Below are positions 1-11,003 of a stretch of 64,000 nucleotides of DNA, piece after piece; position 1 is the first letter of the stretch, and each line of letters opens with the position of its first letter. The stretch lies in the NCBI GenBank assembly GCA_041583775.1, contig JBFHFF010000002.1:64274-128273 (forward strand). Direction: 5' to 3'. Origin of the DNA: Candidatus Moraniibacteriota bacterium (GTDB lineage Bacteria > Patescibacteriota > Minisyncoccia > Moranbacterales > DUUL01). Below the pieces are notes generated by a model that did not search any database, had not been told where the DNA came from, and was given only the letters and a program-made list of their open reading frames with translations. A program made the position numbers and the translations under genes.

Positions 1-2460
1 AAAATAGAAAGTGGCAGTATTGGCAAAATTCAAAATCGACCGCTTGTTCAAGAAATGGAAGAATCATACCTCTCTTATGCAATGAGTGTCATTGTTTCAA
101 GAGCACTACCTGATGTAAGAGATGGTCTAAAACCAGTTCAACGAAGAATTCTCTATGCTATGTGGAGACTTGGTTTAAAACATAGTGCAAAATATAGGAA
201 AAGTGCAACCGTGGTTGGTGAAGTTTTGGGTAAATATCATCCCCATGGTGATAGTTCCGTATATGAGGCAATGGTGAGAATGGCACAAGACTTTTCACTT
301 AGAGACCCCCTTGTTGATGGACAGGGAAATTTTGGCTCTATGGATGGCGATAGTGCTGCTGCGATGCGTTATACTGAAGCCAAATTAGCTCCACTTTCAT
401 CAGAAATTCTTATAGATATAGATAGGGAGACAATTCCTTGGGTTGACAACTATGATGGATCTAGAAAAGAACCCTCTTATTTACCTTCAAAACTCCCTCA
501 GCTCTTAGTTAATGGCACAACTGGTATTGCGGTTGGAATGGCAACTAACATTCCACCTCATAATTTATCAGAAGTAATTGACGGTATTAATGCTTATATT
601 GAAAATCCTGACATATCTGTTGAGGAATTGGTTAAGAATCATATCAAAGGACCAGACTTCCCAACTTCAGGAATTATCTATAATCAGAATGACATTATTG
701 AAGCTTATACAACTGGACGCGGTGGAGTTGTGACACGCGCAAAAGCTGATATTATTGAAGATAGTAAGGGTAAATTTCAAATTATTATTTCAGAGATTAC
801 CTATCAAACAAATAAATCTACTTTAATTCAAAAAATAGCAAATCTAGTAAAAGATGCTAAGATTGACGGGATTCGTGATATCCGTGATGAATCCGACAAA
901 GAGGGTGTAAGAATTGCAATCGACCTAAAAAAAGATGCTTTTCCGAAAAAGATCCTAAACAAGCTATACTCGATGACAGAGTTACAAAAAAACTTCAATT
1001 TCAATATGCTTGCGCTTGTCAATGGAACCGATCCTAAAATTCTAAACTTAAAAGCTATTATTGAGCATTTTGTTGCACATCGACAGGATGTTGTTACAAA
1101 AAGAACGCAATTCGAACTCAATAAAGCAAAGGAAAGAGCTCATATCCTAGAAGGATTGAAAATAGCTCTTGATTTTATAGATGAGATTATCAAAACAATT
1201 AAAAAATCCAAAACTAAAGAAGAGGCTCATGCTAATCTAATTAGGGATTTTAAACTTTCCGACAAGCAAACAACTGCAATCTTGGAAATGAAACTACAAA
1301 CTCTATCCGGACTAGAAAGAAAAAAGATCGAAGATGAGCTGATAGAGAAATTGGCGTTCATTGCAGAAATGGAAGCTATTTTAAGTAATCCTAAAAAAAT
1401 TCTTGAAATAGTCTCAAACGAACTAACGGAATTAAAAGAGAAATTTGGAACGCCTAGAAAAACCAAGGTAGTAAATGGAGCTGTTGGCGACTTTTCTCAA
1501 GAAGATTTAATTCCAGATGAAGATACTATTATCAGTCTAACAGAGGATGGTTACATTAAAAGATTGCATCCTACAACATTCAAATCACAAAAACGAGGCG
1601 GAAAGGGTGTAATTGGAGGGTCCGTCAAGGATGGGGACTCTGTGGATAAAGTGTTAGGAAGTACAACTCACGATGATTTGTTTTTGTTTACAGACACTGG
1701 AAAAGTTTTCTGTCTAAAAGCATATGAGATTCCACTTTCTTCAAGAACAAGTAAGGGTCAGGCAATTGTAAACTTTTTACAAGTTTCACATGAAGAAAAA
1801 ATAACTTCTATTTTAGCTATTCCAAAAGATTCAAAAGCTCAATATATGGTCATGCAAACAGTTCTTGGAAAAATCAAAAAAACTTCCTTACAAGATTTTG
1901 CAAATGTAAGAAGAACCGGTTTGATAGCAATTAGTTTGACTAAGGGTGATTCTTTAAAATGGGTTGGCACAACATCTGGTGATGATAGTATTATAATTTG
2001 TACAAAAAACGCTCAATCTATAAAATTCTCAGAAAAAAATGTTAGGCCGATGGGAAGAAATGCCGCTGGTGTTCGTTCAATCAAACTTAAAGGTGATGAC
2101 CAAGTTGTTGGAATGAATGTTATCGGAAAAGAAGAGTCGGATAATCAAGAATTTTTGATTATCACTGAAAACGGATACGGCAAAAGAACTCCTACTAATA
2201 AATACAAACTCCAAACACGCGGTGGCTCTGGAATTATGACAGCAAATATAACAAGCAAAACTGGTAAAGTTTCCGCTGCTCATGTGATTTCCAAGGGAAT
2301 TGAAGCTGATTTAATTACAAGTTCAAATAAAGGACAAATCATCAAGGTTCCTGTTCAAAGTATTTCTGTTTTAAACAGAGCAACACAAGGGGTAAGAATA
2401 ATGAAACTTAAAAGTGGTGAAAAAGTTTCAGCTTCAACTGTAATGCATTTTTCTATTTAA
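1..2460 (+). CDS. gyrA: DNA gyrase subunit A (5' end lies upstream of the window)
   Basis: [24 protein letters not shown], catalytic AAMRYTE and GyrA-box QKRGGKG motifs. The frame is open from base 1 ([19 protein letters not shown]), so ATG 55 is internal. Confidence 0.97.
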   Translation, partial: KIESGSIGKIQNRPLVQEMEESYLSYAMSVIVSRALPDVRDGLKPVQRRILYAMWRLGLKHSAKYRKSATVVGEVLGKYHPHGDSSVYEAMVRMAQDFSLRDPLVDGQGNFGSMDGDSAAAMRYTEAKLAPLSSEILIDIDRETIPWVDNYDGSRKEPSYLPSKLPQLLVNGTTGIAVGMATNIPPHNLSEVIDGINAYIENPDISVEELVKNHIKGPDFPTSGIIYNQNDIIEAYTTGRGGVVTRAKADIIEDSKGKFQIIISEITYQTNKSTLIQKIANLVKDAKIDGIRDIRDESDKEGVRIAIDLKKDAFPKKILNKLYSMTELQKNFNFNMLALVNGTDPKILNLKAIIEHFVAHRQDVVTKRTQFELNKAKERAHILEGLKIALDFIDEIIKTIKKSKTKEEAHANLIRDFKLSDKQTTAILEMKLQTLSGLERKKIEDELIEKLAFIAEMEAILSNPKKILEIVSNELTELKEKFGTPRKTKVVNGAVGDFSQEDLIPDEDTIISLTEDGYIKRLHPTTFKSQKRGGKGVIGGSVKDGDSVDKVLGSTTHDDLFLFTDTGKVFCLKAYEIPLSSRTSKGQAIVNFLQVSHEEKITSILAIPKDSKAQYMVMQTVLGKIKKTSLQDFANVRRTGLIAISLTKGDSLKWVGTTSGDDSIIICTKNAQSIKFSEKNVRPMGRNAAGVRSIKLKGDDQVVGMNVIGKEESDNQEFLIITENGYGKRTPTNKYKLQTRGGSGIMTANITSKTGKVSAAHVISKGIEADLITSSNKGQIIKVPVQSISVLNRATQGVRIMKLKSGEKVSASTVMHFSI

Positions 2461-2474
2461 ATAATCCACAAAAG

Positions 2475-2517
2475 ATTAACAAAAAAACAAGGCTAATTGC
2501 CTTGTTTTTTTGTTAAT
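2475..2517. terminator. Bidirectional intrinsic terminator-like hairpin after gyrA
   Basis: ATTAACAAAAAAACAAGGC-taatt-GCCTTGTTTTTTTGTTAAT perfect inverted repeat. Confidence 0.8.
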
Positions 2518-2595
2518 GCTATACTTTAAAATAGAAAAATAAAAATTATAAGGCAAAGGTTTGCTTTTTAGTTTTATTTACAAATTAAAATAAAA

Positions 2596-3942
2596 ATGAA
2601 AATGACTTATAAAAAAATAACAGGCTTTTTATTAATATCCCTGTTAACAACACTTCCATTTCTCTTTTCTGGTTGTGGCGATAAGGGTGTTATAGTTCCT
2701 TATGAAATGCCCTTGGAAATTTGGGGTGTTTTTGATGACTCAACTGCATTTGAAAAAATAAACGACGCATACGCGAATAAAAATCCTCGCATTTCTGAAG
2801 TAGTCTATAAAAAAATATCAAGCAACCCAGTAGAATTCGAGAAAGAGCTTGTAGATGCTTTTGCAAGTGGCAACGGTCCTGATATTTTCTTTTTCAACAA
2901 CTTATGGCTCAAAAAACATGAAAATAAAATAGCGGCTATGCCAGAGAGTGAACTTTATTTAACAAAACACAAAAACGAATTTGTTGATGTTGTTAATCAA
3001 GATTTTTTCAGAGGAAACCAGGTATTTGCCTTGCCTCTCTATTGTGACACATTAGCACTTTATTATAACAAAAATATTCTCAACCAAGCCGGTATAACTT
3101 CTCCACCAGCAACTTGGGATGACCTCGAAAAACAAACTAAAACTCTTACTAAAATTGATAAGTTTGGAAACATCACACAGTCAGCAATAGCCCTAGGAAG
3201 ATCGAAATCTCCAGGTGCAATAAATCGCTCCTCTGATATCTTAGTACTAATGATGTTGCAAAATGGCGCTCTTCTTAACGATGTGAAAGGAATTAATTTT
3301 ACTAAATCTGACACAAAGGGAAATCCTGGATTAAGTGCCCTTGAATTTTATTCACAATTTTCTCAAGCAAATTCAAATGTTTACACTTGGAATAATAAAA
3401 TGCATTATTCTGACGATGCATTTCAAGATGGTGAAGTCGCTATGATAATCGGGTATCCTTATAAATATGCTCAGCTAAAAAAAACATCTCCCAAATTAAA
3501 CTTTGAGATTGCGCCGATGCCTCAATTGAATATTAACAATAAGATCAATTTTGCAAATTATTGGGGATTAGCTGTTGCAAAAAACAAAGACATCTCTACT
3601 GATGCAAGCTATACTAATGCAGATAGAATTACTGAATCGTGGAATTATATTTCTTATTTGACAACCAAGCCGCTTGACCCAAAGAATGACCCACTGAAAG
3701 ATTATCTTGATGCAACAAATAAGGTTTCTGCAAGAAAAGATCTCATTGAAGAGCAAAAGAATGAAACTCCACGCGGAATTTTTGCAGAACAGGCTTTGAC
3801 AGCAAAGTCTTGGATAGTGCCGGATGAAATTGCAGCTGACGAGATTATGACTGACATAATCAACGAGGTTGCAAGTGGAGAATCTACTGCCAGAGACGCA
3901 ATCGGAAGAGCAACTGCCAGATTTGAAGCGATTTGGAAATAG
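2596..3942 (+). CDS. Extracellular solute-binding lipoprotein (sugar-binding family 1-like)
   Basis: Lipobox FSGC, GNGPDIF and ALPLYCDTLALYYNK motifs. No permease gene adjacent. Confidence 0.85.
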   Translation: MKMTYKKITGFLLISLLTTLPFLFSGCGDKGVIVPYEMPLEIWGVFDDSTAFEKINDAYANKNPRISEVVYKKISSNPVEFEKELVDAFASGNGPDIFFFNNLWLKKHENKIAAMPESELYLTKHKNEFVDVVNQDFFRGNQVFALPLYCDTLALYYNKNILNQAGITSPPATWDDLEKQTKTLTKIDKFGNITQSAIALGRSKSPGAINRSSDILVLMMLQNGALLNDVKGINFTKSDTKGNPGLSALEFYSQFSQANSNVYTWNNKMHYSDDAFQDGEVAMIIGYPYKYAQLKKTSPKLNFEIAPMPQLNINNKINFANYWGLAVAKNKDISTDASYTNADRITESWNYISYLTTKPLDPKNDPLKDYLDATNKVSARKDLIEEQKNETPRGIFAEQALTAKSWIVPDEIAADEIMTDIINEVASGESTARDAIGRATARFEAIWK

Positions 3943-4003
3943 AAAATTCAAAAGAAAAATTTACAAAAAATATTAATTCTTTATAACTGCTATTAATAAA
4001 AAA

Positions 4004-4636
4004 ATGAAATTAATTTTCTCAGCCATCTTTTTACTGATTCTTTTTTGCGCCCCATTTTCATTGAATTATGAAAAATTACAAATCAATTCGGCATCGGCTG
4101 GTCCCAACCTAACTCACGACTATCAAAATCCTTTGAGAGTAAATAGTTTCACTAATTGGTTTGAGAATTTGTTAGTTAGTATCCAAGGAATTGTAGGATG
4201 GCTTGCAGTTATTATGATTATGGTTGGTGGAATAGTTTATATGACATCAGGTGGTTCACAAACGCAAGCATCAAGAGGTAAAGCTATAATAATAACTTCT
4301 CTTATTGGATTTGCAGTTGCTGTTGCAGCCCCATCTCTTTTAAGAGAAATAAGAGATCTTGCTGCTGCTGGAGCTGGCGGAGGATCTCCAAGCGTAATAG
4401 CCAGTGCAAAAACCATTCAAGAAATCGTTACTGATGTAATGAATTTTCTATTAGCTCTTATAGGAGTTCTTGCTCTTATTAGTTTTGTGTATGGAGGCTT
4501 TACTTATATAACTTCCGATGGGGATCAAGCCAAGGCAGATAAAGGAAAATCTGTAGTAACCTATTCTATTATAGCAGTTTGTGTAGCTGGTGCTTCCTTA
4601 ATTATTCTAAGGCAAGTGTTGTTAATCCTAGGTTAA
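4004..4636 (+). CDS. VirB2/TrbC-like pilin with two tandem pilin domains
   Basis: Two repeats of TM-GG..YxTS.G-amphipathic-K-TM (GGIVYMTSGG; GGFTYITSDG). Confidence 0.75.
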   Translation: MKLIFSAIFLLILFCAPFSLNYEKLQINSASAGPNLTHDYQNPLRVNSFTNWFENLLVSIQGIVGWLAVIMIMVGGIVYMTSGGSQTQASRGKAIIITSLIGFAVAVAAPSLLREIRDLAAAGAGGGSPSVIASAKTIQEIVTDVMNFLLALIGVLALISFVYGGFTYITSDGDQAKADKGKSVVTYSIIAVCVAGASLIILRQVLLILG

Positions 4637-4660
4637 ACCTTGTTATAAATAAACCATCTT

Positions 4661-6271
4661 TTGATGAAAAAGATATTTTCAAAAATCTCCTCCAAAACAA
4701 ACGAGGACAAACTTTTTACATTTGCAAATTTTTTATTCTGGCTAACAATTTTCATCACTTTTTTTGTTCTGGGAATTTCCAATCTTGACCCCGATCTTCC
4801 TTGGCACCTAAAAGTTGGTCAAGACATCTTGCAAAGTGGTCAAATTCCCACTATTGAACAGTATGTTTTTCCAACTTTCGGCGAACATTGGGTTGATCAT
4901 GAATGGCTGAGTAATTTGTTGTTATTTTTAATATACAATCTTTTCGGTAAATTTGGTTATTGGTTTTTAGGTTTCTTCTTTGCAGCAACTGCAACTTTGA
5001 CGCTTATTTTAATCTCAGAAACAACTAAAAAATATTTTCTTCCTAAATTTTATAATTGGGATTTCTTTTTTCTCAATTCATCGTTTACAATCCTTGGAAT
5101 TTTCGCACTATTCCGTTCATATGGAATAAGGCTTCAAGTTATTACTTGGCTTTTTTTTGTATTGTGTTTTATTTTTTACTTAAAAATTTCCAAAGAAAAG
5201 AAGTGGCAGTACCTAATTATTTATCCATTTTTTTTCTGTCTCTGGGCAAATATGCATGGAACATTTGTTTTGGGACTTGCAATTTCTTTATTTCTTTTAG
5301 CACTTCTTTTTTGGCAAAATAAAAATAATTCTATTCGCATAAAAATTATTTTTTCAGCCCTCGCTACAATACTTGCAACATTTTTAACACCATATAATTT
5401 TGAACTTTGGAAACTAATCGCTGGCGAATATACTCAAAACACTTCCTATCTTATTAGAATTTTTGAATGGTTACCTTTATATGCAGCTCCTTTCATCGAA
5501 TGGTATTCTACTTTTTACATTTCAATTATAATTTTCGTTATCTTGCTTTCTATAGTTCTAAAAAAGATTCCGAGAAAAATAAATGTATTTTTATACTATG
5601 GATTTATTTGTTTTATTTTATTTTTATCTATTAAGGCTCGTCGTTTCATCCCCATGTTTGTTTTGTGTTCAATTCCCTTGGCAATCTTTATTGTTGCACA
5701 AATTTTTAAGGAAAAAATTATTAAAAAATGGTTTGGTTTTTTAGTAATCCTAATTGCAGTCCCAATTATTGCTTATAAGATATTTTTCATTACCACTGTA
5801 CCTCTTGATTTATTAACTCAAAACACCCCTTTATCTCCATATAATGCTATGCTTTTTCTAAAAAACAATGCCTCTCTTGCTCAACACAATATCTATAACA
5901 AATACGGTTGGGGTGGTTATTTGGTTTTTATGTGGCCAGAAAAATTACATTTTATTGATGGCCGAATGCCACAAAAACCACTTTCCGATGGGACATCTTT
6001 TATAGACGAATATTTTAAATTTAGAGAAAGCGAAATTATATCGAAAGAAAAATTGGCGCAATATGATATCCAAGTTGTTTTAATCGAAAAAGAATATCGG
6101 ATCAAAGAAATGTTTTCTCCTTTTGAAACTTTTGCTCTAGAAAAACTTTTTTCGATTAATCTTGAAGAGTTTGATGAACCAGATTATTTAAGAGAGTATT
6201 TGGAAAAAAACTGGAAAAAAGTTTATACTGATGAAATTAGCATAGTGTACACAAGTCCAGAAATAGAATAA
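4661..6271 (+). CDS. Polytopic membrane protein, GT-C (ArnT/PMT-like) glycosyltransferase candidate
   Basis: About 12 TM segments, acidic first loop DPDLPWHL, plus LWANMHG and FIDGR motifs. Confidence 0.55.
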   Translation: MMKKIFSKISSKTNEDKLFTFANFLFWLTIFITFFVLGISNLDPDLPWHLKVGQDILQSGQIPTIEQYVFPTFGEHWVDHEWLSNLLLFLIYNLFGKFGYWFLGFFFAATATLTLILISETTKKYFLPKFYNWDFFFLNSSFTILGIFALFRSYGIRLQVITWLFFVLCFIFYLKISKEKKWQYLIIYPFFFCLWANMHGTFVLGLAISLFLLALLFWQNKNNSIRIKIIFSALATILATFLTPYNFELWKLIAGEYTQNTSYLIRIFEWLPLYAAPFIEWYSTFYISIIIFVILLSIVLKKIPRKINVFLYYGFICFILFLSIKARRFIPMFVLCSIPLAIFIVAQIFKEKIIKKWFGFLVILIAVPIIAYKIFFITTVPLDLLTQNTPLSPYNAMLFLKNNASLAQHNIYNKYGWGGYLVFMWPEKLHFIDGRMPQKPLSDGTSFIDEYFKFRESEIISKEKLAQYDIQVVLIEKEYRIKEMFSPFETFALEKLFSINLEEFDEPDYLREYLEKNWKKVYTDEISIVYTSPEIE

Positions 6272-6344
6272 TCCAATTCATTTTCACAAATTTAAAAATT
6301 TGTGCTATACTAAAAATGAAAATAACTTTTAGTTAAAATAAAAA

Positions 6345-6977
6345 GTGAAAAAGAAAAAGTTTTTAATATACATAGCCTTTGTTATGATGCTTTTTTTGTT
6401 TTTCGGTTTTAATAATGTTTTAGCTACTACCTATAGCTCCGCTAGTGACCCAGGGGGCTTTAACAATCCAATTGGCGTTTCAGATGATATTACTGCTTTC
6501 TTTGAAGCAGTAATGGTTCACTTACAAGGAATCATTGCCTTTGTAGCTGTTATGTTTATTATTATTGGTGGAATTTTATATATGTCATCTGGAGGAAATC
6601 AAGCAATGGCAACTGCTGGAAAAATTTGTATTACTAGTGCGATTATTGGATTTGCTTTAGCTGCTGCCGGACCTTCGTTTTTATATCAAATAAAGTTTTC
6701 TGTTTATGGTGATGTAAATGCTGCCGTTCCTACAAGCATTAATGCGGCACCAACTGTCATCCAGATAGTTGAACGAGTCACAACATTCCTCTTGTCAATC
6801 GTTGGTATTATTGGTATAATTGGGTTAACAATTAGTGGTTTATTATATTTATTTGCAGCAGGAGATAGTTCCCAATCACAAAAAGCAAAGGAGGCTATTA
6901 AGTATTCTATCGGCGGGATTGTAGTGGCTGGGGCTGCTTTAATAATAATAAGACAGATAGTGCTTTTTTTCACATAA
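6345..6977 (+). CDS. VirB2/TrbC-like pilin with two tandem pilin domains
   Basis: GGILYMSSGG and SGLLYLFAAG repeats. Paralogue of 4004..4636, also 210 aa. Confidence 0.75.
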   Translation: MKKKKFLIYIAFVMMLFLFFGFNNVLATTYSSASDPGGFNNPIGVSDDITAFFEAVMVHLQGIIAFVAVMFIIIGGILYMSSGGNQAMATAGKICITSAIIGFALAAAGPSFLYQIKFSVYGDVNAAVPTSINAAPTVIQIVERVTTFLLSIVGIIGIIGLTISGLLYLFAAGDSSQSQKAKEAIKYSIGGIVVAGAALIIIRQIVLFFT

Positions 6978-7051
6978 AAGCCAAAAAGAAACAAAAAGAC
7001 ATATATATTATAGTTTAATAAAAAAATTAATCTAGAAAGGCGGGTGATAAA

Positions 7052-7423
7052 ATGAAATTAACAAAAAAACATGTTTTAGCATTTAGTGTGGCATTGGCAG
7101 TAATGGTTCTTCCATTAGTTGCTAGCGCTGGAGGTTTCCAAGTGACTCGAAATATGGGGACTACTGGACTAACAAACACTAGTGTTGCAAGGATTATTTT
7201 CACCGTTTTACAATGGTTGCTTCTAATCTTAACATTCTTAGCTGTTATGGGTTTTGTAATCTCTGGTATTATGTACATCACAGCTGGAGGATCCGATCGA
7301 GCTGATCAAGCAAGACAATGGCTTACTTATTCAATCATTGGTATCATCGTTGCTCTTTTAGGTTATGTTATGACAACCTTTATTAGCACAATTATTACTG
7401 GAACTGTTCAATTGCAGACTTGA
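7052..7423 (+). CDS. VirB2/TrbC-like pilin (candidate major pilin)
   Basis: Signal peptide ending ASA, GIMYITAGG motif, SD-like AAAGGCGGGTGA upstream, hairpin downstream. Confidence 0.75.
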   Translation: MKLTKKHVLAFSVALAVMVLPLVASAGGFQVTRNMGTTGLTNTSVARIIFTVLQWLLLILTFLAVMGFVISGIMYITAGGSDRADQARQWLTYSIIGIIVALLGYVMTTFISTIITGTVQLQT

Positions 7424-7440
7424 TTCTGAAATTGACATTC

Positions 7441-7484
7441 AAATAAAAAATAACAAGTTTTTAAAAACTTGTTATTTTTTATTT
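7441..7484. terminator. 44-bp perfect AT-rich palindrome after the pilin gene
   Basis: AAATAAAAAATAACAAGTTTTT|AAAAACTTGTTATTTTTTATTT. Confidence 0.6.
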
Positions 7485-7520
7485 GTCTTGATATAATATT
7501 ATTAGATATATAGCCAAAAA

Positions 7521-7892
7521 ATGAAAATAAAAATGAAGAAAGGAGCTATAAAATTATTTACAAAATTCTCTTTATTGAATTTGTTTTTTATTCCAGTCCT
7601 TTCATTTGCTCAATTTGTTGTTGAAGAGGAAAGAGAAACTCCCTCAAAATTTGCACAACAAGGCCTGGAAACACTAAACAACACAGTTGCTGCCATTAAT
7701 GTTTTTTTGGGGCTTCTTTTTCTTTTTTCAATTATCGGACTTTTAATTGCTGGTGTTCGTTTTGTGATTGCAGGAGGAAGTGAAGAGATGTTGAATTCTG
7801 CTAGAACAATCTCTATGGCATCTGTTATGGGGATAATTTTTTCCCTTATTGGTTACATCCTTGTTAATTCCATTAAACATTTTGTTATTTAA
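7521..7892 (+). CDS. VirB2/TrbC-like pilin
   Basis: Signal peptide ending SFA, AGVRFVIAGG motif, two TM segments. Confidence 0.7.
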   Translation: MKIKMKKGAIKLFTKFSLLNLFFIPVLSFAQFVVEEERETPSKFAQQGLETLNNTVAAINVFLGLLFLFSIIGLLIAGVRFVIAGGSEEMLNSARTISMASVMGIIFSLIGYILVNSIKHFVI

Positions 7893-7893
7893 A

Positions 7894-8283
7894 ATGAAAA
7901 AAAATACAAAAAGAATTCTTGCAGTGTTGGTTTGTTTTTTGCCTTTTCTTATATTCTTTTTACAAACGATGCCAGCATCAGCATCATGGGGGGTTGGTTT
8001 GAATCTTGCAAGAGACAATTCAAACCTACCAGAAAACAGAGCAGAGAGCGTTATCTTTACCTTCCTGAACTGGCTTTTACTTATTTTCACACTCATTAGT
8101 GTAATTGCTTTTGTGATTGCCGGAATGATGTTTTTGACATCAGGAGGGAATACCCAACAGGCAGAAAAAGCAAAAAACTATGTCACTTATGCAATCATTG
8201 GTATCGCTGTTAGTTTGTCAGGGTATGTTATTATATCGTTTATTGCATCAACAATGGGTGGCACAGTTCAAACACAATACTAG
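7894..8283 (+). CDS. VirB2/TrbC-like pilin
   Basis: Likely start ATG 7894 (MKKNTKR), AGMMFLTSGG motif. Close paralogue of 7052..7423 (both end GTVQ...). Confidence 0.75.
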   Translation: MKKNTKRILAVLVCFLPFLIFFLQTMPASASWGVGLNLARDNSNLPENRAESVIFTFLNWLLLIFTLISVIAFVIAGMMFLTSGGNTQQAEKAKNYVTYAIIGIAVSLSGYVIISFIASTMGGTVQTQY

Positions 8284-8311
8284 ATTATTTTATTTCTTCA
8301 AATATAAAAAT

Positions 8312-8689
8312 ATGTTAAAAAAAGTTTTCACCTTCACTTTTACCCTTACTGTTATTTTGGGAATTTGGTTTTTCATATCTCCCGCACAAGAAGTATTTGC
8401 AACTGGAATAACGATTCCAACAGGAACTGGTTTACCTGATCCATCAGATACAACGGGACAAGGACCAGTTGTTCAGGTTGCTGTTAATGTTATGCGCTGG
8501 ATATTAGCAATTTTCACACTTTTGGCTGTTATAGCTTTTGTTTATACAGGTTTTAAATATCTCACAACCATGGGGGATACCTACAAAGCAGAATCTGCAA
8601 AAAATTCATTAGTATATTCGATTATCGGAGTTGCGGTAACGGCCGGAGCTTTAATTTTGATCAATACGGTCGATGTTCTTTTGAGATAA
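8312..8689 (+). CDS. VirB2/TrbC-like pilin
   Basis: Likely start ATG 8312 (MLKKVF), TGFKYLTTMGD...AKNSLVYSIIG motif. Confidence 0.75.
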   Translation: MLKKVFTFTFTLTVILGIWFFISPAQEVFATGITIPTGTGLPDPSDTTGQGPVVQVAVNVMRWILAIFTLLAVIAFVYTGFKYLTTMGDTYKAESAKNSLVYSIIGVAVTAGALILINTVDVLLR

Positions 8690-8715
8690 ACTTGATCTGA
8701 AAAATTGAAAAATAA

Positions 8716-8750
8716 AAAGGCCTGTCATCCATTTTGGACAACAGGCCTTT
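8716..8750. terminator. Terminator hairpin between convergent genes
   Basis: AAAGGCCTGT...ACAGGCCTTT inverted repeat. Confidence 0.7.
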
Positions 8751-8757
8751 GCAACTC

Positions 8758-9447
8758 TCAGAATTTTTGCAGATGGAAATATATGTGCCATATATCTCCA
8801 GGACTTCCCCCTTGTATGTAAATCTTGTGAGGGGCTCTTTTTTCAAACTTTAGCACATCTCCTTTAAGGAGTTGTGCTACCCTGTTTTCTGCCCCTAAAG
8901 AAGATAAGGGCATAGTATTTTTAAATACCAACATGGGGGGCTCGTTATCCAAGCCGAAGACAGCATTGCCAAATCTTCGGCCCAACGCATCCCCTTTTCC
9001 TTCTCTGGCCCTTATTAACTCAGCTCCAGGAAAGAGTATCTCCGCCTTCCTTTTTGTAGGGAAGATAAACCCTATAGGATAATTAAGAATGATTTCATTC
9101 TTATATCCATCAGGAATCCTTGGAATTTCATAAACCAAAATTCCAGAGACGGGAATAACTTTAAATCTGGAAACATACTGTCTTGGTTGCCAGAAATAAG
9201 CCCTATCATTTCCTAATCCCCAAAACATATACACAAGAAGTGCAATAGTTAGAATTTTCACAATGCCCCGGAAAGTGAACCAGCCAAAGATCTTGGACAA
9301 TAATCCCCAAATTTTTAGCCATAAATTTCTGAGACCTGAAACCGAAACTGGAATGCTTCCCTTAGAGATTGTGCTGCCATACTTCTTATAAACAAGTATG
9401 GCGCCAGCTGCAACGCCAGCTGCAACTATCTTAAGCTCCATTTCCAC
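8758..9447 (-). CDS. Hypothetical membrane protein
   Basis: 229-aa ORF with AGGAGG SD, directly downstream of the SPFH gene. Confidence 0.6.
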   Translation of the reverse strand: MEMELKIVAAGVAAGAILVYKKYGSTISKGSIPVSVSGLRNLWLKIWGLLSKIFGWFTFRGIVKILTIALLVYMFWGLGNDRAYFWQPRQYVSRFKVIPVSGILVYEIPRIPDGYKNEIILNYPIGFIFPTKRKAEILFPGAELIRAREGKGDALGRRFGNAVFGLDNEPPMLVFKNTMPLSSLGAENRVAQLLKGDVLKFEKRAPHKIYIQGGSPGDIWHIYFHLQKF

Positions 9448-9458
9448 TATAATCCCTC

Positions 9459-10541
9459 CTATTTAGTCTTTTTTTCTTCTAATGCATTCAGAATAGAATT
9501 AACGAATTTTCCGGCCTGCTCCTCTGTGGCCTCAATACCTGTTTTCTCTTTTAACATGTTGGCTATACCAGGAGGCAAGCCATACAGAATTGTATTAGAG
9601 GTTCCCTGAGCCATTTCCCTCAGAGTATACAAAACTTCAAGATAAGTTCCGTCGCCTTTAAGTGCCAATATTTTCTGAAACAAAACTTCTCTCGCCTCAG
9701 CGTCTCCTTGTCCCTCTAATATCTTCGCCTGCCTTGACCCTTCCGCTTTTATTATTGCAGCGGTTTTCTCGTAGCCGGCTATCTCTGGCGCTGAGATCGC
9801 TTTTTCTACAAGCTCTGGCAATGTGACCTTGTTAATTACAACAGACACATTCTGCAGTCCGGGCTGTAGAATTGGATTACCTTCTCCGCCCTCTCTATCG
9901 TCCCCTTCTTTCTGCTGCTTTGTTAGAAGTTTTTCTAACACAAACTCGCGAAGAGGAACAACTGTTATTTTAGAGTCCTCACCCTCATTTTTCTCTCTCA
10001 GAAAAACTGTCCCCTGTCTAGCTTCCACATAGGAGATACTTCCTAGTGTCTCCCTTACAACACCTAAGACAAAATCCTGAAAATGTTCCTTCAGTCCAGC
10101 CATATCTTTTGGATTTGGAGCATACTTGAGAGATTTAATCAAGTTCTCATAATCTTCTGGCCAGTTAAAATATAATGCTGTGTCAACAGTCATTGTTACC
10201 TGAGAATAAGTTTTTCGTTCCGTTACTATTCCTTCGGGCGTGTCTTTTTTGATCTCCAACACCTTACTGCTAGAGATCATCACTGTCGGATCAAGATCTA
10301 TCCTCACTTGCTCTTTTGGCCATTGCTGAAACCTCTCAAAAGGCCAGATAGCATAGGTCCAAGTTCCTGTAAAAACCCTACCTGTCGGTCTTTCCATGCG
10401 AAGTTTTATTGCTGTGTTTGCTGCTGGAATCGCAACAAACCAGAGGGCAATGAGAATTATCAGAATTACCAGCCCCCAAGATGAACCAAAGAAATAAAAT
10501 ACCGAAAAAATTCCTGCTGCTACCAATGTGTTAAGCCACAT
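9459..10541 (-). CDS. SPFH/band-7 (stomatin-like) membrane protein
   Basis: N-terminal TMs, SPFH-like core, coiled AEG.RQA.IL..QG.AEA region. Confidence 0.7.
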   Translation of the reverse strand: MWLNTLVAAGIFSVFYFFGSSWGLVILIILIALWFVAIPAANTAIKLRMERPTGRVFTGTWTYAIWPFERFQQWPKEQVRIDLDPTVMISSSKVLEIKKDTPEGIVTERKTYSQVTMTVDTALYFNWPEDYENLIKSLKYAPNPKDMAGLKEHFQDFVLGVVRETLGSISYVEARQGTVFLREKNEGEDSKITVVPLREFVLEKLLTKQQKEGDDREGGEGNPILQPGLQNVSVVINKVTLPELVEKAISAPEIAGYEKTAAIIKAEGSRQAKILEGQGDAEAREVLFQKILALKGDGTYLEVLYTLREMAQGTSNTILYGLPPGIANMLKEKTGIEATEEQAGKFVNSILNALEEKKTK

Positions 10542-10655
10542 AATAAACCTCCTTAGGGTTTACTAAAATTTTTGATCTATATAGATCCTCCACTCTTCAT
10601 GTTGTCAAAAAACCTTGCAAAAGCATATTTTTATAAATCGCTCTTACAATGTGCA

Positions 10656-10684
10656 ATTATAACATTTTTTATATTTTTTGTCAA
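10656..10684 (-). promoter_or_regulatory. Consensus sigma70 promoter for the SPFH operon
   Basis: TTGACA-17-TATAAT on the minus strand. Confidence 0.8.
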
Positions 10685-10779
10685 TGAATAATTTCTTTAT
10701 TTTTCATATAAATACACCCTTTTCTTAAAACCCCTTTTGTTCTATACTAAAATTAAGCTTAAAAACAACAACCAAAAAA

Positions 10780-11001
10780 ATGCGAGCTATAAACATCTTA
10801 TTTATTGCACTTATTTTCCTTTTTTCCGCAAAGAACGCAGATGCCTATTTAGATCCAGGAACTGGCAGTTTTATTTTTCAGATTGCAGTTGGTGCAATCT
10901 TAGGTGGCATTGTTGCTATCAAGGTAAAATTTAAACAAATAAAAGATTTCTCTTCCTCTCTGTTTAGGAAGAAAAATAAAGACATTTCTAAAGAAAATTA
11001 G
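10780..11001 (+). CDS. Small membrane protein with YLDPGTGS motif
   Basis: Signal peptide ending ADA, then YLDPGTGS and a TM segment. Leads a three-gene operon. Confidence 0.75.
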   Translation: MRAINILFIALIFLFSAKNADAYLDPGTGSFIFQIAVGAILGGIVAIKVKFKQIKDFSSSLFRKKNKDISKEN

Positions 11002-11003
11002 TT

